A stretch of 64,000 nucleotides of DNA from the NCBI GenBank assembly GCA_030704615.1, contig CM060732.1:29946001-30010000 (forward strand). The letters run 5' to 3'. The translations under genes and the position numbers were made by a program. Source of the DNA: Takakia lepidozioides (lineage: Eukaryota > Plantae > Bryophyta). The notes beneath the pieces were generated by a model that worked only from the letters and a program-made list of their open reading frames with translations, was not told the DNA's origin and ran no database searches. Positions within the stretch are counted from its first letter, which is position 1, and every line of letters begins with the position of its first letter. Positions 46,017 to 57,439 of this stretch are shown here, piece after piece.

Positions 46017-48743
46017 TTAAGTGGATGAGGTGTGATGGAGCTTGCTGACAAGAAGCTGCACTCCGTGTGCGGGTATAATGGCTTGTTGTATGCCAGGCGC
46101 ATGGCGGTACCCCGGTGACAGAGAGAAGCTGAACCTCTGCAGCAGCATGCAGACAAGAGCCTTGGCCTCCATCAATGCAAAGCTCTTTCCCAAGCAGATG
46201 CGGGTACCGCCACCAAAAGGCAGGAAGGCGTCTGGGTGTGCCACGGACTCCCAACGATCGGGTTTGAAACTGGTGGCATCCTTTCCCCAAAGCTCCTGGC
46301 TCTGGTGAATGACAGCGATAGGAATCACTATGGTGGTACCAGGAAGTACGGATATGTCTCCCAGTTCGTGTGCCTCAATGGAGTCTCTTTCAATATATGT
46401 GACCGAAGGATAAAGCCGCAATGTCTCGTTCAGTATCATCGACACCTGGGTGCCATCACAACAGTCATTGTAATTAGATGCACTATTAGGTATGTATGTA
46501 ATGACTTCAGGTGTAGACCTGAACGGTCTACAGTCCACGTATCGCTCGAACATTGAGTCGAGAAGCCTTTTCTGAGATTGGAAAAGCATTCTGTTTACTT
46601 TAAAGCTGCAAAGAAAAGCTTACTCACCGATTTGAGGTTAGCAATGTTTTCAGCGTCAGGTGGGGCATCCCCCAAGACCTCCTCCACTTCTGAACGCGCG
46701 CGATGCTGCCACTCGGGATGCGCTGACAGCATCGTTAGTGTCCAAGTCAAGAGAGCTGCTGTGGTTAGGTTTCCAGCAGCAAAAATGGTTTTGCATTCAT
46801 GCAGGAGTTGGGTTTTGGTCATCGTGGCACTGCCTGCCTGCATCGACTCCATCATTATTCCCAATAAGTCATGACCGTATATACTCTCGTGTGGCAACTT
46901 CGTCTGCTGAATACCTTTGGTGGCCTGAGCAAGCCGTGCATCCACAATCTCTTCGAGTATAGCATCTACAACTTTTTCGTGTCTCCACAGTTTCCGATGG
47001 CTGGCGATTGGAAGGAACCTGCATTGAAATGCATATTGTTTTAAACATCCAATTGAAGCGGCATTTTGACGTTGAGCACAAATAAATTCTTGAAGTCCCG
47101 CGTACTATGGCAGCCAATAAGTTTGTGGACATAGGTCTACCTGCCTTAAACCTGACCAACGCTCAGTGAAATGAAACATGCAGAGATAGATCTAACCTTG
47201 ATCTCTTCAATACAAGCTCTGGAATACTACTTGTTACATGACAGTGAGAAACCGACTGTATTTTATCACATGAATAGTGCACCTGAAGAGTACTAGAGAG
47301 TAAGTGCACCTGAAGCCAGGTAGGAGGCGGCCATATCCAAGCAGTCTGTCACTGTTTGTACTGACCAATGCTTTCATAGCCTCAGCCGCCATGGCTCCTT
47401 TGCTGACTTGGTCAATTTCTCCAGCCCTCACTCTGTTCGAGCCAAAAGTGGCCCTGCCAACTATGTCCACCGTTGTTCTGAAAATGTCCAAGTCAATGGT
47501 GATCTCTGCGCACTTCCCATCAGAGGTGTTGCTAATTTGCGTTTGCCATTTTTGGACTAGCTCCTCCCCACAGTCCAAAATATGATGGAAGACACGGTCC
47601 TGCGTGTATTTTGGGTGATCCATCCACGATGTGACATCAGACTGGTCTAACCGGACTGCGTCAGCCTACAATCGTCTGACACACTGAAATAGTGAAGATC
47701 AAATTACTTGAAATCTCTTTACAAGAAAAAATCTCCCTCGCTCGAGATTTAGCATCATGTTTGAACACAACATGTACTCGTTAAGGAGAATGACTTTAGT
47801 ACCTTCAAGTGAGGGCGGAAATAAGCTGGCCTGCTGATTCTATGCTTGCAATCTCTTTCCAGGAAAATTTCCCTCGCTCAAAATTTATCATCCTGTTCAG
47901 AAGATCTACGAGTTCGTTAAGTAGATCGAATGACTTTAGTACCTTAAGGTGGTTCGGACGGAAAGAAGGGCTGATGATTCTATGCTGTTCCTTCCAAAGC
48001 GAACCGTCAGATGCGACAAGGCCCTTCCCCACCAAAGGAGCAAGCGCCTCTTTATGCAGCACAGATTTGCTGTAGCATGAAGCTTTCGACAACAAGACTT
48101 GTTTCACCAGCATTGGATCCGTGACTTCAAGCCGTGTTGATGATCCCACTTCATGAATGGACACATTGCCTGTATTGAAGACCAGATAATCCAAGCATTT
48201 AGTAACTAGGGCGACTGCAAAAGTTTGTACAGCTTCAAGAGCAAATGAATCTAATTTATATATTATGAACATACTCCTGATACGGCTCACTCCATATACT
48301 CCAGGGCAGATATAACTGCTTTGCGTACTTCAAATTACTTTAGAAACAGGTGAGGAAAATCTTAGCACAGTCCGCTACATCTAATGACAACTTGAACAAT
48401 CAATGCCCATGATGCTCCTGGCTGCTCCGAGATCATAAAGTAGTTTAGTGCAAAAACCATGGATCATACCATACTGCCTGGCAAAGGTGACAAGGTATGG
48501 AATCGTCCGAGTGGAAGTGGGATCTGTAAACTGGAGACTGCGTGGGATGGAACTCAGGAGCTCGTGAATCTCCGGAAGATTCCCAATGAAGGGCCTGAAA
48601 GCAGGCCCCCGAATGCCTTGCTTCTCGTAGAATCTGCGTCTACTGTAAGGTGTCCACCATCGCCAGAACAGTATGGTAGCTACCCAGTATACACACAACG
48701 CTGCGCACACTGCTGGAATCCCCCAATTCGTCATCTTAGCCAT
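46017..48743 (-). CDS. Cytochrome P450, CYP72 clan; 5 exons (48743-48470, 48169-47943, 47599-47310, 47018-46628, 46445-46017), about 536 aa
   Basis: TM anchor, QGIRGP..R.FIGNL, GKGLV..DG..W..HR.I..P.F, ECKTIFAAG, HPEWQ.RAR.EV, MILNETLRLYP (ExxR), FKPDRW and heme motif FGGGTRICLG. GT-AG introns; 1611 nt in frame. Confidence 0.92.
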
Positions 48744-49021
48744 TATTGGTAGATCTGGGCTCCCTCTTTCTTGCACTAGACCTTAGTGTCCATGGCTTTG
48801 TGTACCATGTATAACAGCGGTGCTAATTTGTTTCCTGTTATGTGCGTCTAACAAACAAAATCGGTGTCTTATAGGCAGTTAAGAGCATCTCCGATCCTCA
48901 TGTGTTACACGCACTCCGAATTTAACAACTTGTAGGAAGCTGCTTCTGGTTCTGCAGGCAGCTTCATCAGGTGGGCTGCAAGCTGCATTGCCTTAATACT
49001 AGGGACTTCCCCATAATTTCT

Positions 49022-50431
49022 AGCGGATGTGGCGGATGTGATGGGCGCCATGACTCATCCGCCGGGCAGTTCTTTAAAAAAACAGAAAAAACAGGGACAG
49101 GCCTCATTAACTTTATAGATAAGGACAAGTCCGGAAAATACAAGAGGAAAAAATAACCTCAGTGTGGCATGAGGGTGATGGAGGAAGGCAACGCTTGGTG
49201 ACAAAGGAAGAGATCGAAATAACCAGAGAGCCTTTTTTTCATTTTTCCAAAATAGCCGGCTGGGCCACAGGTGAATTCTATCGAGTGCCCATGTGGCTAG
49301 AATAACCGGTGACAGGGCTAGAAAACTGGCTATATTCCAGCGGGAACATTTTAACTGGTCCACGTCTGCAAACTTAAAGGATTAATAACCAGATTGTATC
49401 CGGATATGTAGCAAAAATACCGGATCTCAACAGGATATAAGAAATATTAATAATATATTAATAATATATTAATAATGTAAATGAAAAAAAAAATGATTCA
49501 TATATCCGGATTACTCTATAACCGCCGGATAATATAATCTGAACTAAGGTAGCCTGTGTCGTTGGCCCAAGTGTCAAGTGTCATCTATCTCCTATGTCGA
49601 GGCCCAAGTGCGACCTCTAGGATAGCCTCTGCCACTGGCCCAATGGTCTAATGTCATCTAAGTCCAAATGCATTTTTTTTCCACAGAGCTACGACCAGAT
49701 TTGAACCGGAGATCTTTGCCTTGATATGTCTCCTCTCAAGGCTGCAACCATTTGTCCCAGGAATTCCTGCTTTGCTATTTTTCGGGAATTTCCAGCGACC
49801 CAAAGTACTTGAAATTCCACATCTCCCACACCGCATGTCCAAAAATCATGAGACCAAGCCCGTGCACCCCTCCTCGTCGAGGGCTTTCCAATGGTACCAA
49901 GCACCAGGGCTGGGGCCTCGCGGTTGGGGACATCTCAAATCTACAAAGCAAAACAAACAAAACAAACATCTCGATTCATATATTGATATCCGGACTTATT
50001 TATGTCCAACAGATTTTTAAAAACTTCTACTATGCATAATCGGCAGATATTAGAAATGCAGATTATTCTAATATCTGGATCCGCAGGATATATCATTCTC
50101 TAATTTGTCAAGTATCCGGACCCGGCGGATATTAAAAAAAACTAAGAACCGCCCAACACTGGGGTGAACGTGCGGAAAAATTCATCAGAGCATGCCCGGT
50201 AGTCTCTTTTATTTCCACAGCACTCACTGGCCTCATCACAGTAGTAAGCTTTACAACAGATAGTGCTAAAGTTTTGGCATTATGATAAATTCTCAGCGCT
50301 AGATGTTAATTACAAGATTGCCCATTTGGCCTGCCGTTTGTTGGTAGGTCCATGTCGGTAGGTCAACAGTGCTCAAAACCGGATTTCTTGACCTATGGCA
50401 CTTTGCAAAATTCTAGGGAACAGAGCTTTTA
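49022..50431. repeat. Copy 2 of the 33693-34429 repeat, with the central part replaced by nested TE sequence (49377-50161)
   Basis: Flanks match copy 1. The insert has ATCCGG/CCGGAT repeats, ends CCCAACACTG (hAT-like terminus) and contains an inverted relative of 51265-51625. Confidence 0.75.
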
Positions 50432-50628
50432 ATATTTTAGTGTGTTGTAAATTTCTGCATTTGTCTTATATATATATCGTCAGCCGAAATTAAGAGCATC
50501 TTCCGTATGCTATTTTTATTTTTTATTTTTTAAAGGTATGTAGGTATTGCTCATTTTCATAGACGAACTCTATCGAAATCGGGAAAGTCACACCGTGGCT
50601 AACTAACCATTTTCAATCTAAAATTTGT

Positions 50629-51961
50629 CACTACAAGAGAAAGTGGTCCTTCCATTACCACCCATAGATCACACCTGGCTCTTTGAACGGCTTATCACAC
50701 ACCCATGTAAGAGGAGGCAAGGTGTGATCTGGACAATTCATCCCTATGTTATTCATCATTTCCTCTGCTGCTATTAACTTATTATGTCATGGTTTGCGTT
50801 TTTTTTTTGGGGCCCAATATCTGCAGAGCCCACTACTTACTAACTTAGTAAGTAGTAAATTAGTAAGTAGTAAGAGGCAGGGGTCCTCCTTTATATAGCC
50901 TCTAGAGTCTCAGGGCGGTGGGACCCTCTTAGAAGGCTGCCCTGGGACACATGTCACCCCTAAAAACCACCACGTGATATCTTTTTACCCCAATTTCGCA
51001 CCTGAACTATCCCCAATTTAATAGCTCTCGCCTTCCTGCCTTCTTTTTTTTAACCCCTTTACATGATGGTTATTAATCCGAATCCTTGTGTAGCTTACTA
51101 TAACCCCGCTTTTTAGTTCATGGATCACCCTCTAATCTTTACACACAAACCTAGGCCCTTATTAGGAAAAGCCAGATTGTGTTACAAATTTCACATTGTT
51201 TGACACCCTTTGGGGTCAACGGGCGTTGACCATGTAATGTGTAAGATAATCCATACTGGGCATTTCACATCAATATATGAATCGAGACGATTGTTTTGTT
51301 TTGTTTGTTTTGATTTGTTTTGTAGCGTCGTTGAGATCTCCCAAACCGCATGGCCCCAACGCGGGTGCTTGGTGTCGTTGGAAAGCCCTCGATGAGGAGG
51401 GGTGCACCGGCTTGGTCTCATGATTTTTGGACAAGCGGTGAGAGAAATGTGGAATTCCAAACACTTTTGGTCGCTGGAAATTCACAAAAAATATCAAAAA
51501 TGGCAAAGTGGGCATTCCTAAGACAATGGTTGGAGCCTCGAGGGGAGAGATATCAAGGGAAAGGTCCCCGGTTCAAATCTGGTCGTAGGCTCTGTGGAAA
51601 AAAAACTTACTTAGATGACATTGGGCCGTTGGAAATTCGGGAAAAATAGCAAAGTGGGCATGTGGGCATTCCTGGGAGAATGGTTGGAGCCTTGACGGGA
51701 GAGACAACAAGGGAGAGGTCTCTAGTTCAAATCTGGTCATAGGCTATGAAATCTGGTCAATTGTCGTTGACCAGCCTTCCGCCCATCCTGGAGCCATGTA
51801 GTCATACGGACGACTACTTAGATAGTCGTTTATATGACTACAATCGTATGAACGACTGCGGGAGGTCAATTTCATATAAAAACATGGTGCAATCATGGTC
51901 AAAGTCAAGAAAAATGACTACCACGGTTTGGCAGTCATAATTACCGCGATCTGTTGTAGTG
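50629..51961. mobile_element. Candidate non-autonomous CACTA (CACTACAA family); pairing of ends uncertain
   Basis: CACTACAAGAGA at 50629 and TCTGTTGTAGTG ending at 51961 form an 11/12 inverted match. Flanks TGT/TCT are not a perfect TSD. Confidence 0.45.
51265..51748 (+). repeat. Dispersed repeat containing two tandem tRNA-like units; inverted relative at about 49630-49990
   Basis: GGGCATTCCT...AATGGTTGGAGCC...AGGTC....GTTCAAATCTGGTC.TAGGCT occurs at about 51510 and 51664, with box-B-like GGTTCAAATC. Confidence 0.55.
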
Positions 51962-52535
51962 TCTGAAGATGTCGCCATGGACCTCTTTGCCCCTTTCCAG
52001 AGCTGCCAGGGCAGTGTTCATAATGACATTTGGTATAATTCCAGCTTTGATGATATCCCCATGCAGCTCTTTGCCCTTGTCCAGGGCTCGATGCACCCAC
52101 ATTTTGCATACAAATCCACCAGGGTATTGTTCAGAATGACATTTGGTACAATTCCAGCTCTGAAGATGTCGCCATGGACCTCTTTGCTCCTTTCCAAAGC
52201 TGCCAGGGCAGTGTTCATAATGACATTTGGTACAATTCCAGCTTTGATGATATCCCCATGCACCTCTTTGCCCTTGTCCAGGGCTCGATGCACCCACATT
52301 TTGCATACATGTCCACCAAGGTATTGTTCAGAATGACATTTGGTACAATTCCAGCTCTGAAGATGTCGCCATGGACCTCTTTCCCCTTTTCCAGAGCTGC
52401 CAAGGCAATGTTCAGAATGACATTTGGTACCATTTCAGCTTTGATGATATCCCCATGCACCTCTTTGCCCTTGTCCAGGGCTCGATGCACTCACATTTTG
52501 CATACAAGTCCACCTTGGTATTGTTCAGAATGACA
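51962..52535. repeat. Three tandem 197-bp repeats made of PPR-motif sequence
   Basis: TCTGAAGATGTCGCCATGGACCTCTTT starts at 51962, 52159 and 52356. Confidence 0.87.
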
Positions 52536-54660
52536 ACCATCCCGCAACCCTGTTGTGCATGTCCTACGATCATCGTGTTCCACAACACCACATCACATTC
52601 ACCCATAATGTCAACATCCCCTTTGCATCTTCAACACTCCCACATTTGGCATACATATCCAGCAAGGCAGTGTTTAGAATGACATTTGGTACAATTCCAG
52701 CTTTGACAATGTCACCTTGGACCAAGACATTTTCCAAGGCTGCCAGGCTTGCACATGCATTGCGAACGCCAACAAGGTGATCTAGTTGGGCTTCACCCCT
52801 TCTAGTATCATTTGCTCATAGGTCTCCAAAGCCTCTATCCCACGACCCTGCTGTGCATATCCTGCGATCATCGCGCTCCACGACACCACATCACGTTCAG
52901 CCATTTTGTCGAACATTGCCTTTGCATCTTCAATGCACCCAAATTTGACATACATGTCCACCAGGGCAGTGTTTAGAATGACATCTGGTACAATTCTAGC
53001 TTGACGATGTCAGCATGGACCTCTTTGCCCTTTTCCAGGGCTGCCAGGCTTGCGCACACATTGCAAACGCAAACAAATGTGATGTGGTCGGGCTTACCCC
53101 TTCCAGCCTCATTTGCTCATAGGTCTCCAAAGCATTTGTACCACACCCATGCTTGGTAAATCCTGCCAACATTATAATATTCCACGTGATCAAAGATCGT
53201 TGAGGCATTATGTTAAACAGTTGGTGATCAGCATCCATGATTCTCCCGCACTCAACATACATGTTGACAAGGGTGTTGTGTAAAAAATGTTTGGCTTGAA
53301 TCCACTTTGGATGATGTGAGCGTGCACTTGCTTTCCAGCTTCCAGGCCTTTCATCTTGATGCACTTACGCAAGAGACAGACATACGTATCTGAATCTGCT
53401 GAAATGCCTCCTCCTTGGTTTAAAGTCTGTAGAGCCACTGTCAGTTAGTCTGCTTCACAAAGCATCTTCACATGCCCAAAAGTCCCAAAAGAGTCATTGT
53501 GGACTCCCTCTCTTGGTCCTCTTTTAGAAGCGTCTGTGGTCAGGGTCGAGGTGCCTGACTTTATCAACTGTGCCGGTGTTGCTGCTGCTTCCAGTTGACC
53601 ATCTACCCATGCAGGTTTTGTGTAGCTACTGATCCATAGGGAATCATGGGTAATCTTGTGCTTGAAATCCGGCCCTCTTGGATGAATCTGGCCCCACACT
53701 CTATCCTTGCTCCTTCAGCTATCTGCCCCTCTGCACAAATCATGTAAAGATCCTTGCCTTGCTACCAGCAATTGACAATGATTTGTTCTAACAAATAACC
53801 CAACCCTACTTATCACACTAGTTCCTATGCTAATTGCATCTGTTTCTCTTCGTAATCTAACAACATTCACCTTCTTGCCTCGCTTGTCCCACCATTGACT
53901 GGGGTCGGAGAAGTATTCATTCCATAGCTTTTCCTCATCTCTGTTTTCTGTTTTTGGATACTTTCCAGTTGCCACATTGGCAGTAACATGTCAAAGCATT
54001 TGCAACATTGGCAATAATATGTCAAAGCACTTGTGATCGCGGTTGTCCAACCATCGTGAAGGATTTGTAAAAAACTCATGCCAGCTCTGCTCTGCCAAGC
54101 AATTCAGGGCCGAGTCTGATGAGAGGGAAAAACAGGCTGAAACAGGTCGAAGAAGAATCAGGCTCGCACACGCATTGCATCTACAAACGAACGTGACCAA
54201 GTCTGTCTGTACCTTTACCCCTTCCCGCATCATTTGCTCATAGGTCTCCAAATGCCTCCATCCCGCATCCATGTTGGGGCATATCCCGCGATCATTGCAC
54301 TCTAGGACACGACATTTCGTTCAGCCATATTCTCAAACACTCCCTTTGTATCCTCAATATTGCCACATATGTCTCTGTTACCTGTTTCTGGATACCCTAA
54401 ATGTGACAATGTCACCATGGACCTTTTACCTTTTTCCAGAGCCGCCAGGCTCGCACACGCATTGCAAACACAAATGACCGTGACCCAGTCCGGCTTCACC
54501 CCTTCCCACATTATTTGCTCGTACGTCTCCGAAGCCTCTATACCACCTCCACGCTGTGCATATCCTCGCCCTTCTTGCATCATTTGCTCAAGAATAGCTC
54601 TGCAAAGCCTCCATCCCACGCCCCTGCATATCATGCGATCATCCCGTTCCATGCTCTCGG
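51962..54660 (-). pseudogene. Chimeric OSB-PDF-motif + PLS-class PPR pseudogene (extra PPR fragments at 54160-54660)
   Basis: WHEFFTNPSRWLDNRDHK, then EEKLWNEYFSDPSQWWDKRGKK, a GT-AG intron (53870-53688), and IHPRGPDFKHKITHDSLWISSYTKPAWV. The same frame (one TAA at 53445) continues into TYVCLLRKC..GKQVHAHIIQSG; after a frameshift come NTLVNMY.ECG and further P-L-S motifs. Confidence 0.85.
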
Positions 54661-54830
54661 CTCTTTACTAAGAAAATGCATAGGAGACCAAAAGCAAAAA
54701 AAACCAAAATGAGGCTAAGTCTCAGCCCTCTAATGGGCAACCCTACAAACAACTTTTTGAATTTTTTAACGTTTTGGCTACCAAGCTTGCACTAGAAGTC
54801 ATTCCGGCGACTGTTGGTGGTAAGCTGGCG

Positions 54831-55055
54831 CTGGTCAATCATCGTTGACCACCCTTCCGTCTCCTGCGGAGCCATGCAGTCATAATGACGTCTACCAACG
54901 TAGTCGTCGCTCAGAGGACTACATAGTCACGAAGTCATTTCAACGACTACGTGAAGCCCCATTTGGTCCAAAAATACAGGGAAGTCATGGTCAAAGTCGG
55001 GAAAACCATGACTACCGTGGCCTGGCAGTCAAATATACCGCGTTCTGTTGTAGTG
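54831..55055. mobile_element. CACTA terminus (CACTACAACAGA family), homologous to 51752-51961
   Basis: Ends CCGCGTTCTGTTGTAGTG, with GACTAC/GTAGTC subterminal repeats shared with 51752-51961. Confidence 0.6.
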
Positions 55056-55289
55056 TAAAGAAAAACAAACACCCTACCCCAGTACCAAGATTCACCGCGA
55101 CTCATCACCGGGAATGGAGGGTCTTCGTGGTGGTTCGCCATAAAATGACTGGGTTATTTGTGAAACCCCCGCGGACAGTCACAGAATTATATATAGGGAG
55201 TAGTAACCCCGACAACGATGCAAGCCCATTGGTGACCAAAAACTAGTGAGTAAGCGTGCGAGCCGGAAAGCGACCAAGGTGTGGGGAGC

Positions 55290-55730
55290 TGTTCCGGATT
55301 GCCAACAACCAAAGATCACAACCAAAGACCTAAAGAGCCAATGAACCCATTCAAAGATATTGAAATTGGAAACTTCGTACTTGATCGACCACCATACCCA
55401 AAGACATATCCAGTTTGGATGGGTGTGGCAATCTCTGATGTCGTTCGTGACCGTTCAGATGAGAGATATCGATAAGTCCTTCTGGAGTGGTGGAGACCTA
55501 AAGGTGCTGCAGCGAAGGACGTGGACATGTATAGAAACTATTGGGACAAAGCTTGGGAGTTCAATGAATTTGATCTACCAAAGTGGATACATACGAACAG
55601 TGTGGTGTGGACAATGCGACCTCGGAAGAACACCTCCAAGTGGAGCTCTAGACGTATTGGAAAGGCCGAAGCAGTTTTAAAAGCGAAAGCAAATATATAT
55701 GCTGCGAACAATCAAAGTGAGTCTGATTAA
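55290..55730 (+). pseudogene. C-terminal fragment of a probable TE-encoded protein (family not assigned)
   Basis: One frame with a single TAA at 55473: NPFKDIEIGNFVL.RP..PVWMGVA..VLLEWWRP..YRNYWDKAW. Resembles, from memory, tails of seed-free-plant transposase-like proteins. Confidence 0.35.
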
Positions 55731-55747
55731 GCATAGTGTAGAGAGGT

Positions 55748-56263
55748 GCATGGGAGATCTCCCATGCTAATTTGACGACAATATGTGTTAATGTTGATCT
55801 TACTGGTGATTGCCTGGATTTTGTGGGAGCTCTTTTGACAATCAAAAGTTGACCTTGAATTCTCTGTGTTGACCATTTGAACCTTTCAATTTCTGAACAT
55901 CTATATCTCTAGCGATTTGAACCCTGATTGCCTGCATCTCAGTGAAAGTTTAGTTCTGGTTGATTGTATTTTACGCACATAACATGGGAGATCTCCCGTG
56001 CTGCAGATACTTGACTATTGCAGACTGACATGATTAATATTCTCATTCACCATAATGCTCATTGAATAATATAGTTATGAGTCCCAATTTGGTTCGTTAT
56101 CTGCTAAGGATATATCGGGGTCCGAATATCGTATTTTCTTCCCTAGCGGAATGTCATTTTATATATCTATTTCAACGGTGGCCCCTTCTTAATCTGACGT
56201 TGTAAACTGTATCCTCGCGATGTTGTTATTGATTTTTAGATGTAACACGGGAGGTCTCACGTG
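55748..56263. repeat. Three spaced copies of a GGGAGATCTCCC palindrome
   Basis: Perfect 20-bp GCATGGGAGATCTCCCATGC at 55748-55767; variants at 55983-56000 and 56246-56263. Confidence 0.6.
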
Positions 56264-57439
56264 GTATGTCACCTTTTCTTTTTTAAATATTACTTACTGG
56301 ATTTTTTTTTTATCTGCGGACAAATAGCTTTTGTTCTGATCTCCAAACTTTTGAATTTGTCCTAGCTGGATTTCCTCTCATGGGGCGCCTGAACAATATT
56401 AATATGTCACTTATTTAGCCACAACTAATAGCCACAATTCAAAAGATAATTGGGACATATCAGCCCGAATTAATGCTATAAACCACCAAACTTAATTAGC
56501 TTGAGAAAAATCCATCTTTGCCAAGCCCTACATCCTAGATGAATTGCAAAGCGATGAAGGATTTCACCACACCCTGAGTACTAGAAGACATGGGCACGTT
56601 AAATGTCAGACTGGTTACCCTTGCAAGATGACATGGAGGTGAGAGTCAAGCCTAGATAGCTTCTACCACAATGGATGACTATTAATTCACATTTAGCATT
56701 ATGATGAACGCCGGAACAAATATGCATTAAATAAAAAACAACCAAGTTTTTTCATGAAACTGTGATATTAAATCAAAATCCAAACGATTTGAAACCTAAA
56801 CCAAGTGAAAATAAAGATGAAAATATATCATATAAACAACATTTATAAACAAAATCTACTTGTTGTATCAAACGAGCCAAAGTCATCACACCGGTCAAAT
56901 TAATATAAAATGAAACAAGCCTCAAATTGCAATGGGCTCTCTTGCTTTGGCAAAATGTAAGAGGAAGGGAAAACTAGGGAGCATGATTCAGCATACCATA
57001 ACAATCGGAGGCTTGACACGGTGTAAGGTCCTTTGACCACATTTTCTCCGTTGATTTTAACATGATGCGTAGTCTCTCTACAAGACAGCCAATAAATGTT
57101 CATCTGTTCATAAAACTTGAATATAGCCCATCTATCTGGACGTTGTTATCAAAAGTCGTCGCTAGTAGTGCGGAGCAATGCGAAGCCCTAGTGTATATAT
57201 ATATAATAAAATATTCCATTTATTCCAAAATTGTGGGAAAACAAATAAAATCCCATTTTTACACCATGAGGGCTACACATTGTAGTCAGTGAAGGGTGAT
57301 CAAATACCTGCCGCTAAAGTGCGGCAGTGTGCTTAGAGAGATTTGACCTCTCGAAACAACCTAGCCCTGTCCGAGAGACTTCCAAAAAATGTGTAAGCCT
57401 GCAGTTGAGATTACCGAGGAGCTAATCTATAGCTACGCT

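Noticed and set aside
54790-55055. 266-bp CACTA MITE from CACTAGAAGTC to TTGTAGTG
   Set aside because: The ends match poorly beyond CACTA and the flanks TTG/TAA are not a TSD.
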